Part shown: positions 25,035 through 36,164 of the stretch, one piece after another
Layout: each line of letters starts with the position of its first letter
How positions within the stretch are numbered: position 1 is the first letter of the stretch
The notes under the pieces: generated by a model
Told to the model about the DNA's origin: nothing
Database searches by the model: none
What the model saw: only the letters and a program-made list of their open reading frames with translations
Source of the DNA: Obrimoposthia wandeli
Lineage: Eukaryota
DNA: 64,000 nucleotides
Direction of reading: 5' to 3'
Assembly: GCA_977020255.1 (NCBI GenBank)
Contig: CDROCS010001776.1
Coordinates: 806,001 to 870,000 of the forward strand
Position numbers and translations under genes: made by a program

Positions 25035-25647
25035 TTATTTATTTGGTTTATAGACTGTAATACCATTACGGTTAAATATATCAGTAACAATTCTTAAATC
25101 ATCAGGACATGATTGAGTAAAATTTTAAAATAAATAACCATGAGGTAAAGATGTAGCATCATGAAACGCATCAATTAAATAACTCTTGTTATGAGGAAAT
25201 GCTTGACGAGCAATAAAATCTATCACTGTTTGATCTCTAGGATTTTTAAATAAAATTAAATAATGTACATTAAGATTACGAGTACGATGATTTCCTCCTT
25301 GATGAAATAAATTTTGTGTTATAAAAATTACAGTAACTTTTGTAAATAAATTATAAAAATCAGATTCTTTGTTAGCCTCTTGAAATAAGTCATCAATAAC
25401 AATTACATCACCTTTTAGTAGTCTTGTCATCCAATTTTCATAAAAAACCGTTAATATTCTTAATGTTTTTTATTTTATTAAATTCTTGGTTTGTTAAACC
25501 AGCTTCTCCATCACCACCTTGATGCCAATATATTTTATTAAATTTATTTTTAAACATTTTTGATTTTAATAATTTACAAACAAATACAGTTATTCCTGAA
25601 CCACTTGGACCTACTACTTCAAAAGTTGATTTGTTAATTAATAACAT
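25035..25647 (-). pseudogene. Polinton A32/FtsK-like packaging ATPase
   Basis: Walker A GPSGSGIT (Lys to Ile), Walker B VIVIDDL, VIFITQNLF, RTRNLNVHYLILFKNPRD, PHGYLF..NFTQSCPDDLRI; two frameshifts and an apparent short deletion after FTKV. Confidence 0.95.
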
Positions 25648-25725
25648 TATATATATAATATAAATATATCAGAATAAGTACATGTTTATAATAATAATAA
25701 CAACATTTTATTAAATATTTATTTA

Positions 25726-26050
25726 TTAAACATCAAAATATTCGGTCGCCGTATAAATCCTCCAGATGAGAGTAGTTTCATTCTTATTTATTTTATATCC
25801 GAGAATTTTTATTTTGAGCATCCAACTTCTTCCATCTTCTTGAATATCCGAAATCTTTGTTCCGGAACAATCATAAAATTTGTACTTATCACCGCACATA
25901 AATATACCCTCGTTCTCAAGTTCTACGTTAATCTTTAAATATTCGATGACATCATTGAGTTATTGAATGTCTTTGTTGTCAAAATCAGAGACTCGGTAAT
26001 GGTACGAAGTTTTCAATAATGTCACAGGCATAGTCATTGGATGAATCCAT
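25726..26050 (-). pseudogene. Decayed Polinton accessory ORF, possibly an OB-fold single-stranded-DNA-binding protein
   Basis: Reconstructed MDSSNDYACDIIENFVPLP..DFDNKDIQ*LNDVIEYLKINVELE...CGDKYKFYDCSGTKISDIQEDGRSWMLKIKILGYKIK.NETTLIWRIYTATEYFDV*; the fold assignment is pattern-based only. Confidence 0.35.
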
Positions 26051-26057
26051 GCAGATG

Positions 26058-26387
26058 TCAAGAAGAACATATCATACTCGTAATATGATTCGTATTTTTA
26101 TAATTTTTTTTAATGTATGTCATGATATCGTTACCTTGATTGTGAAAATTTAAATGTCTAAGACCTAAGATTACGACCTTTCCACATGTGAAAATATTCA
26201 CACAATGGATTGAAAATATTTAATCTTAAGCCTGGGAAAACCTCAGGGTCAAATGAACATTCCATAATTTAAACAGATTGATGCTTTGATCTAAATTTTC
26301 ACATACCGTAATTGATTGAATACTAATTATATTTATTCTTAAAGGGTAAGAAATATTTTTAATGTTGATCGTTAAGAAATCACAAAG
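26058..26387 (-). pseudogene. TATA-binding-protein (TBP)-like gene remnant, one TBP repeat, two frameshifts
   Basis: Reconstructed ISYPLRINIISIQSITVCENLDQSINLFKL/ECSFDPEVFPGLRLNIFNPLC/(V)NIFTCGKVVILGLR aligns by eye with the TBP C-terminal repeat ([28 protein letters not shown]...[36 protein letters not shown]). Confidence 0.85.
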
Positions 26388-26623
26388 CTATACACCTAAT
26401 TTATTATCACGTTTTGTTTTTTTATCTGATTTCTTAATTAAATCTTCGACTCTATTGCGTTTATTAATAATGCATGTTAAAGTTTTTGAATTTGTTTTTA
26501 TTTTTCGTTTTAAATATGAAATTCTTCCTTTTATTATTGGTTTCTATTACGAGCCAACACATGCTAGCATTTTCTCAGACAATATTTTAACAGTCTTTCT
26601 GTTTCATCCTCTGTTAATAACAT
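26388..26623 (-). pseudogene. Decayed basic Polinton accessory ORF of unknown function
   Basis: MLLTEDETERLLKYCLRKC*... followed, after a frameshift, by IIKGRISYLKRKIKTNSKTLTCIINKRNRVEDLIKKSDKKTKRDNKLGV*. Confidence 0.4.
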
Positions 26624-26819
26624 TATATATATATCATCAACTACATAAATTGGAAATTATTTCAACATTTTCATTTAATTCGTTTTTGATACGTCAATTA
26701 ATGTTTTAAAATAAGGTAAACCTTTTGCAAATTCAATATTATTACGATCATATAATACAGTGTTTATTAATTTTTTAACTTCATCTTTATCTGTCCTTTT
26801 ACTATGTTTAAATATATTG

Positions 26820-27030
26820 ACTGTAACTCTTAATTCATCTGAACATTGTTGTGTAAAACCCTAAAAATAAGTATCCATGAGAATTCACTATTGCATCTTC
26901 AAATGCAACAATCAAATATTGTTTATTACACTGAAACTTTTGCCTCGTCACAAAATCAATGACTGTCTGATGTCTCGGATTTTTAAATATTACTATGCAA
27001 TGTAGAACGAGATATTTTGAAGTACGCACA
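26820..27030 (-). pseudogene. Second, diverged fragment of the Polinton packaging ATPase (C-terminal part)
   Basis: HCIVIFKNPRHQTVIDFVTRQKFQCNKQYLIVAFEDAIVNSHGYLF parallels HYLILFKNPRDQTVIDFIARQAFPHNKSYLIDAFHDATSLPHGYLF at 25125-25270. Confidence 0.9.
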
Positions 27031-27652
27031 AATATTTTTATTCTGTTTCTTTATTTTTTAACAACTTCATATTTTACATGTACATCAGTTATTTAATTTT
27101 TAAAACAAAAACATTTTTAGATGCATACTTTTATATTTAATAATTATATTCTTTAAAATATCTTTTTAAATATTGCAAATAATTTAGGAATGAATATTAA
27201 CATGTTGATGACTATGTCAGATATCGATTAACAGAAATCATTTACACTTTTTATGTATTTTTCTCTAAATCAATAAATGAATAATTTTCATATATTAAAA
27301 AGAAATCTAACATTTTTATACATAAACGACATTTAATGAGAAATATTTAAAATAATTTCCGAATACACTTAATCTCTATAAACAATAATGGCTATACTCT
27401 AGATATGTAAGATATAAGTATACTAAGATCGTAAATAAATCCGATACAATAAAACTCGTCATACAGGAACTTTTCCCAGGACAGATTTAATCTATTTGTG
27501 ATTTTATTATGATATTTACACTTAAGATTTTCCAAACAATAATTGGACTCATTCAAGTATACATAATTGGGGAAAAGAAGTGAGAAAAAGTTCCGAAGGC
27601 GAGGACAGATGATTTTAAATTGACTCCCAGCGTGAATGCAGTAACAATGACA

Positions 27653-30600
27653 TCAATTGGTCTCGCCAGATGCAGTCACCGAGGTCTCAACCTTGCTCTC
27701 CAGCGTCAAGGTCACCGGACCATCGTTCACCAAAGTAACATCCATCATGGCCCCAAATTGTCCATCTGCAGGTAGGTAGATGGTGAGAATAAACTTACAT
27801 GCTTGAACCAGGAAAACCCAGGTTTCTACCGTTAGACCAAGTATAAATCCCTCGTGCAAACCTTTGAAATAGTGGTATTTGACAGACTTAAACATCGGGG
27901 TATTTACTACACTGGTGAAGCGTGAATCATTGAATATAAATTACCATGTTTAACATCTTAGTTAGACCTTCTTTAGGGCAAAGTAAATATTGGAGTTTAA
28001 GAAAGTTGTAGGTGATACAAACAATATATTTTTTAATATTTCCACCGACCGAATTTTAGCAGATTTAAACTATATCTAAAAATACAGTCAAAGTCGTGTC
28101 GGGTGGACCCCTATTTATAAATACAATAAATTCACCCGCTTAATGAAACCGTTTTGTCTTGGGACGGAGTTAAGAGTAAATTCCCGCGTCCTTGCTTAAT
28201 AATTGGAGCTGTGTCGATTTCACTTATGTACATACCCGTTCAAAACTTGCTGTATTAACCTACAGTGCAGATAGCGCCTGTTCACGGAGCTAATAACATC
28301 AATTAAACGTCTTAAGTCACAGATACGGCAGGTGAAACAGACAAACGTCTGGGAGGGCAGGAAGGAACACAGGAATAGACAAAGACACTGGGTGGCATGC
28401 CACTGGTGTCTCGGAGTTATCAACATTATTCGCCACGTGTGTATCTGACGTTAAGCAGAGAGTTGTCGATGAATTTTAATAGGTGTGAAAAGGAAGTGGT
28501 CGGCAGGATAAAACCTGCGCCAAGAAAACGGAACTGCTAGAACTTTATAGAGCTCGTGATCAAACAACTCAAGAGGCTTCCCTCAAGGCTATTGTGTAAT
28601 TAAGGTGGGATTCGTGTGAAGGAAAAGAGCGACGGTTCATCGAAAGGAAAGCGCCAGCATCAAGGGAAGAATCTGCAGATGCTCTGTACCATTGGTTAAA
28701 GTTCTTGCACATACAAAATCAACATCATTGCTCAAGCTACTGGCCACGATTTCAAAGCGTCCAACAATTGATTTTTGTAGCGATGAAGATTAATAAGTAC
28801 TCTCTTGATCATTCTCGAAATTCGGTCCTTCGATAATTAAATCCCAAATACCCCAGACCCACAATTTATAAAGCGGGGTCCACTGTATTCATAGTTATTT
28901 TGCTGTATAAAAATCAGCAAGAATAAAACTACTTAAAAAATGAAGTACCCGTTTAATGAAGAGTTCCTGTGACATCAAGTTCGATATATAATAAAACGCG
29001 TACCATCAAGTTTCAGTTCGAGAATATATCAAACCACATTTGGAAACGCCTTTGAAAATTCGTCATGATTAGATTCGGACATGGTCAATTATAAATCCCA
29101 TTTTCAAGCTAGTAACTCACCTTTGACCAGTTCGGATTTGTATTCTGTTCTAAGCTTGTCCAGGAAATTGTCGTAGTATTGTCTCGATAAATCGGGACCC
29201 ATTGATTTGTGAAAGTCCAGTTTGTTGCCTTTCAGAACCGAGTGAAGGGTGAACTGAAACACGATACGAATAATTAACATTCTTAGAAGAAGCAAAAATG
29301 TGATTGAAAATACGCCGTTTAAATATAAAGTTTTTAAATAGACAAGTTTTTAATCAAATTTGAACGACGAATTATCCATCCAAAAAAGAAAATTTACCCT
29401 TGTAGTTGCAATGCTCCTCCGCATATTCAACACAATCATACTCAAAATTCGACATGATCATGCTTCCAAAAATACTACAACACATTTACAACCGATGGGA
29501 AAATAAAAAATTTAAGTTATTTTATCATAAGCTATTAGTTCAAGAATAGATTTAGGCTTATTTAGACAGATGAAGAGTATCATGTAGATGAAAAAAACAA
29601 TTTTCTTGTTGGACCTTTCTTGGAGAAGAGTAAATCCAAAGATAATCAAAAATTGTTTTTGGAAAACTGGTATTATAAAATCAAAAGAAATCATCATCGT
29701 AGAAGAATTTAATTCGATTTTCAATAGTTTGTATCCAACCAAAAAATGTATAAATGATCTAGAAACTGTTGAGGCAGAAACTGGTGACAACATAACCAAC
29801 AACATATTTCTTCGGATAAAACTAGAAACTTGTGATGACGTTATTGTTGAAACTGGAGTTCCTGTTAAAGATATGTACAATACAAGTGAAGTTATTGTCG
29901 ATTAATTTAATCTAAAAAAAGTTTCAGTAAGATTTCATCCAGATCAAAGAAACCATTTGACCGAAATGAAAGAAAATATCGAAGAATTGCGTATAAAAAC
30001 ATGAGACAAACTACATTGAATGATTTTGTTGAAAATAATTGAATGCACATGTGTCAATTTTCAGAAAAAAACCGTAATCCGAAAAAGCCCGCCATCCAAA
30101 ACTAATTTTTTACATGTTCGGATTATCGGGGGTTGACTGTAGTTTCAACAGTTTCAGGCAACCCTTAATTTTTTTAATGAATAACTGTTTTTCTTATACA
30201 CAAAGCTCCACAAGCTGTTATTTCATAATAATACATAAAATAGTTTAAATGTTACATTTCCAAGGGTTTCATAAAATCATGTGTAGTGAATTCATGTTTT
30301 GTAGTTACTTAATTACCTTAAGTAATTGGTTGCATAATTATTCAATAAAATTGTGTTTTAATAAAATTGTATAATTACGCAACAAACAAACCGTTTTATT
30401 TTATTTCGTTTTTAATTAATTTTGAAAACAAAATGGAGTAAAAGAGTTTGTTTTAATTTTTATATTTATGTTAATTTATTAATTTTGAATTACATGATGA
30501 ATCTCTCAAATACAACATGGTCAGCTGCAACAACGACTTCTCAAGCTAATCCAGCAGCAAGGTCTATTTCTGCCAATGAACAATATTACAATTATTACAT

Positions 30601-32394
30601 GATGAATCTTTCAAATCCAACATGGTCAGCTGCAACAACGACTTCTCAAGCTAATCCAGCAGCAAGGTCTATTTCTGCCAATGAACAATATTACAATTAT
30701 TACATGATGAATCTTTCAAATCCAACATGGTCAGCTGCAACAACGACTTCTCAAGCTAATCCACCAGCAAGGTCTATTTCTGCCTATGAACAATATTACA
30801 ATTATTACATGATGAATCTTTCAAATCCAACATGGTCAGCTGCAACAACGACTTCTCAAGCTAATCCAGCAGCAAGGTCTATTTCTGCCAATGAACAATA
30901 TTACAATTATTACCAAACTATATCTCCAGCAGTTACCACTATTTCAACTACTACTCAAACCCAAACTCAAACTGTGGAATTTAATCAAGACATAATATCA
31001 TATATAATTAAATATATGCTTACACTACATCATGTATTTAAAAACAAATGAAAATTGAAAATGAATTTACTTAATGAAGTCAATTTTATGTTTAAAACGT
31101 TAAGAAGACGTTTAAACCCTCAAATTTTACTGATGTGAGTTCATTTTTAAGAAACACGTAATAGGTCATTAATATTTAATTTCAAAATTAAACAAACAAA
31201 TAATATCTAAATATCTTTATAATACCACATTGGCCCAGAAAACTTTTGCTTACTACGTGGTTTACGGATAAATAAGTAAATTTAAATATTTTACAAATGT
31301 ATGATTTCTACTTTCAAATAGTTTTCTTGTGACATAATATAATTGAGATGAAATGTCCACAAATAATCACCAAAATTACCTGACTCACGCAGAGAATCTC
31401 CAGATTCAAGTCCTTGACACTGAGATGCCACCGCTTGTCAGATTTAGTGTCAGGGAAAATTCGCAGATTAAGGATCTTCCTGACCCTTGAATGAAGAAAT
31501 TGTCAGCCAACGAAAATAATCAGAGGTGAGCTGTGAAGCGTAAAGAAACCACGAAGAGCCTCACATGTATTCAGTATCTTTGTCCACATCGTCTGCGGCA
31601 ATGCCCACCAGTACCATGACTCCTCGTCCAATGGAGCTGATCACATCACCATTCACTGTGAAGAATTAATGCAGATTCTTGATGTTAGAATAACAAGAAA
31701 AACTTTCTTAAATGTTTTAAGAGTACGATTTATTTCATTATTCTTGCCGTACATGTTATGTAATCATATGCGGTTGTTAATTCATTAAGACTTCGACTAA
31801 CAAAGCACTGCAAAATCACATTTGTGTGTTCTTAATCATTATTTGTTATGTTAATCTTTCCCAGAGATTAAATTTTCCTCTCAGAATTCAAAGCTATGAT
31901 AAACTTTATACATTGGTAGATAGCGATACTTTTTAGACAAAACATATTAGGGACTTTCGAAGAAATGTATACGACAATTTTAGAATTTTGTTAAAATCAT
32001 AATTTCAATGTAACTTTCATTTGCAATATCTCTCAAAGTCCATATTGTATATAGTTCAAACTTGACATGTCTAAAACTAGTTCTCTTCCAATTATTAAAA
32101 TGTATAAATGCGTAGCAGAAATAGAAATTTTTGTATTTTGTTGCAGAAATGTCAAAATTCTTATTCATGTGATCCTACAGTTGAAATATCTATGATCATT
32201 CTGAACACATTTAATTGACATTTGACATCAACAACTTCCTTATTATTCAATTTTGTATTAGAAAATATGGCAAATAAATATTAGCTTAAAAATTAAAATA
32301 AAAAAAGAATAAGTTAAAACTGTAATTGATAATGAAGAAAATATATACAACCTGACACAGAAGCTGATTTAACCCTTTGAAGCACAATCTTCAT
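27653..32394 (-). CDS. DTD1: D-aminoacyl-tRNA deacylase 1 (D-tyrosyl-tRNA deacylase), 5 exons, 161 aa
   Basis: Exons 32394-32352, 31655-31565, 31485-31380, 29253-29121, 27765-27653; all GT-AG and phase-consistent (486 nt). Protein [33 protein letters not shown]...VRKILNLRIFPD...EILCVSQFTL...GNKLDFHKSM...DGQFGAMMDVTLVNDGPVT carries the SQFTL and Gly-cisPro (NDGPVT) DTD motifs. Confidence 0.97.
28103..28885 (+). mobile_element. Internally deleted pogo/Tigger-like DNA transposon in DTD1 intron 4
   Basis: Inverted ends GTGGACCCCTATTTATAAAT / ATTTATAAAGCGGGGTCCACTG-TA; internal CENP-B-type HTH remnants ESADALYHWL and AQATGHDFKASNN*FL*R. Confidence 0.75.
29300..30139 (+). mobile_element. 3' half of a pogo/Tigger-like transposon in DTD1 intron 3
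   Basis: DDE_1-type remnants QKRKFTLVV.NAPPH, NTTTHLQPM, LDLSWRRVNPKIIKNCFWKTG; right TIR TTCGGATTATCGGGGGTTGACTG followed by TA. Confidence 0.8.
30489..30913 (+). repeat. 105-bp tandem repeat x4 within a 209-codon open frame (30422-31051), antisense in DTD1 intron 3
   Basis: Units start at 30489, 30594, 30699 and 30804 and are nearly identical; the translated unit is YMMNLSNPTWSAATTTSQANPAARSISANEQYYNY. Confidence 0.95.
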
Positions 32395-34378
32395 TAAAAT
32401 TTTTGAAAAATAATTTTTAACAATAGGTTAGAAAAAGGTGACTCCATACTATTATTATTAAATTTTAATATATTTTGGAATTTCTAGAAATAACCATATG
32501 AATACTAGAAATATTTATAAATAATTTTTATAGTAAGTATTTTATGCGTAAATATATTGTGTGAATTAGCATGAAAAAAAACCACTATCTTTATTTTAAA
32601 TTTCTGACTTTTTTCTAACATTTATTCAAATTTATAAACATACATTTTAAAATTAATTCCCAAAAATTCTCATTTAAAATTTTTTCACTCTTAAATAAAT
32701 TTTGGTTAACTTATAAATCTTAAAATATTCATAAATTTATTTTAAAAAATGCTTTAATGACCTGAATTAAAAAGAAAGAACAAAATATTAAGCCATTGGT
32801 GCCCTGATATCCTTGATTTAAAAAGAACCATTGATCAATGTCTCTTATATTGTAACTAAATTTTAATATAGTTACACTTTTGTTAAAGCTTTTGATAAAA
32901 TAAATAAATACTCTTATTTTAATAGAATTATATTAACATTTATATTAAATATATTCTTAACAATAATAGATTCATAGTTTTTATAATTTTTTATTTATGT
33001 CAGATATATTATACTGTGTAACTAACCATTTTTAATTAAAAATCAGTCAATTTTAATTAAAATATATTTAGAAAATGTGTCCTTTTTCCAAACTGCTGAC
33101 ATTTCTAAAATTTATTTTAATTTACTGCTATAAATTATATAATTAATTACTTAGATTTTCCGTTTAAAATTCTGTGTACAGCATTTTAAAAGGATTCCTG
33201 TCATTTTGCAAAAAATTTTTTATTATAAAGAAAAAAATTACAACAATAATTTTAAAGGAAATTTTCAAAATTTACATGAAAATAAAATTTGTATAAATAT
33301 CTTTATAACATTTAAATAAAAAATCTATAATGAATAACAAGAAAAATAAATGTATTTTATCAAAATAGAAGTACAATTTTCAAGGTAATTAAATACATTA
33401 TTTTCATATTCAATAATTCCAATTAAATTAAACGCGTTTAAATATTATTTAAACATTGAAAAAATTAAATTAAAATACATAATATAAATAGTATAATAAA
33501 TTTATTGATAAATAATTTATATTAAAATTAAAATACTTATTTTTCGTCACATAAATCTACTTTTAGTGATCACATAAAGATTATTGGGATCTTATTATAA
33601 TTTTACCAAATTGAAGTCTGTCAAAGTTCTATCGTTACAAAGAAGCTTAGGACTACATTTTGTGAAACATTTTGAGGTTTATCATATGGATCTAGGATAG
33701 TTATAAAATATCAATATTGACAAATAGTTTTCAATATTTCGCTTGTTTTCAGCTAATACTTATAATTAAAATATCATGAAATGTGTGAGAGAAAACATCA
33801 TGAAACGTATACTTATAATTAAAATAGTCATGAAATGTGTGAGAGAAAACATCATGAAACGCATTAAACCATTTCTATTTTAGGAATAGAGTTGTTACAA
33901 TTCAAATGGTAGTCTCTTGTTTGTGAGTTCTTAACTGAATAAATATTCTGTTGAAGGTATATCCTGCGTAATATAAAAAACTGGATGTTAGTTGTGTTGA
34001 TGTCCAGAATCGGACATTATCATTAAAATAAATAATAAATTGGCTATTTATTAAGTCCTGGCCAAATACATTAATTGGAATAAAATTTTAAATAGAAAAT
34101 TCAAATACGGAAAATTAATTAGCGTTTAATTACTTATTTTAATTAATTATAACGTTTAAAGAGAGTAAATTAAACTCACGTGACCTATAAAACGATTAGT
34201 TATAGATAAAATGTAAAATACATCGATTTATAGTACTGAAAATGTTTAAGAGAGGAGTATTAATTATATGATATTGTTTGTTTAACATATGAGCAATAAA
34301 GTTGAAATATTCTTATCCATCCCTTTCTTTGAGTAACTGACAATAATGTAATACTTTCGTTACTTTTAAAGAAATATA

Positions 34379-36058
34379 CAGTATTGCTTATAAGAAACAC
34401 ATAATTTATTTTAAAGAAATAAAATTACTTCTAACTTTATTAATTTCTTAAAATACTTAAGTAAATATGTATAGATAAAATCTATATTTAATAATATATG
34501 TAATTAATAATGAAAATTAAATTTATGTAAATACACAGGATTATAATTGCGTATATTGCACAATTTATGGACTAATTCTTAGGCAATAAAAACGCATAAT
34601 TTAAATTGATGTATTTAATTACAAATTGCGTATATTGCACAATTTATGGACTAATTCTTAGGCAATAAAAACGCATAATTTAAATTGATGTATTTAATTA
34701 CAAATATACATCAGTAAATTATGAAATAACATTAGTAATCAAAAAATCAGGTAAATAAAATTGATATATTTAATTTAATATTTTGTAGATTTTCGTTTGT
34801 GGACAATAACATCATTCAAACGTCTATACATAGATTGACATGTTTTTTGATTAAATCCGTAGATATAGCTTCAAAGGCAGCAAGCACTTTACATTTTAAA
34901 TCATCAATGAATTTAAATGTGACTCATTTGAACTTTATTTTTAAAATACTCCAAATATTTTCAATAAGATTGAGATCTGGAGAATTTTGCCGTCAGAATT
35001 GTAAAATTTTGATTTTGTGATCCGACATAAAATCAATTGATCATCCAGAATAGTGACATGGAGCCCTATCTTGTTGTAATGTGCTATCACGTGGAAAGGT
35101 TGGGAATGCAGTTTTCAATGTTCTATATATTTAACTGAGTTCATGGTTCCTGGCACATGAGTTAAATATCAGTCCCCATTTCCATTGACAATTCCCCAAA
35201 ACATTACAGACCTGTTCTCTGAATATACATCTTATGACATACATTTGATTATATTGATGATTTGTAGGCCGTCTAACAGTCATTTGCCACCTTGATGACA
35301 TTTTTATTGAACTGTCGTCAGAAAAATAAAGTTTGTTCCAATTATTACTATGGAACATTTTGCATTTACGAGCGAAAAAGAGTCTTTTCTTTCGATGAAT
35401 GCAACTTATTACTGATGATTTTTCTGCAACTCGTGAATATAATCCTTTAAAACGCATGAAGCGGGATATTATGGATATCGAAACTTAATCTATAAGATCA
35501 TATTCGATTGCGACTTGATAGGTTGAAAGTTGTGGATTTTCGGTAATCTTTCTTTTTATTTTTAGCTTTTGTAAGTGATTTATTTTGTCTTATAGCTACT
35601 TCCTAATTTTCGAACAAATGTACCTGTGCTTTTCCATTTTTTAATAAGCCTACTTATGGTAGATTGGTTAAATTTAAAAATTTTAGATATATTTTGTTGG
35701 GTATATCACTCTTTAAACATACTAATAATAATTTCCTTCTGTTGCTTTGACAATTGAACCATTATATCTTAAAAATGTATATTTAAAATGACAAATTAAT
35801 AACTTAAATACGCTTTAACAAGGTTATATATTGAAAAAAATATATTATGCAATTTTTTTGCTAATCTTATTTCACAATTATTTTTTTAATAATAAATTTC
35901 GTTTAGTATAAAATACGTTTTCAAAAAAACTTTATTGATTCATATTATAAAACAATTTTTTAAAGTTAGTAAATATTTTTATCAAATATAATAACAGATT
36001 TAAAAAATTATAAGCATTTTATTTAGAATTAATTATGCGTTTTTTATGAGCAATACTG
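34379..36058 (-). mobile_element. Full-length (1680 bp) Tc1-family transposon with inactivated transposase (34790-35762)
   Basis: TIRs CAGTATTGCTTATAAGAAACACATAATT / reverse complement CAGTATTGCTCATAAAAAACGCATAATT, TA on both sides. Transposase MVQLSKQQKEIIISMF..NQSTISRLIKKWKSTG...LYFSDDSS...QQDRAPCH...NSPDLNLIENIW (DD34E type) has several stops. A 79-bp tandem duplication lies at 34545-34704. Confidence 0.93.
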
Positions 36059-36164
36059 TAAGTTGATGATTATCATCAATATGTTCCAATAAACTGATTT
36101 TATCAATAAAGTATTTTAATAATAAAACATCCTCTTTGTTGTCCAATATTATATTCTTCATTAA

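Larger units (their letters stand above)
16377..27060 (-). mobile_element. Degenerate, rearranged Polinton/Maverick (adintovirus-like) element
   Basis: Starts with AGTAGGTA and a ~600-bp repeat-rich TIR whose reverse complement lies at ~43000-43559. Contains pPolB, RVE integrase, A32/FtsK ATPase and a small basic protein with a xxGG-F tail, all on the minus strand. No capsid or protease genes were recognised. Confidence 0.93.

Noticed and set aside
30422-31051. Confident protein-coding gene call for the 209-aa ORF
   Set aside because: Its length comes from a tandem repeat; no recognisable domain or splice support. Kept as a repeat and a finding only.
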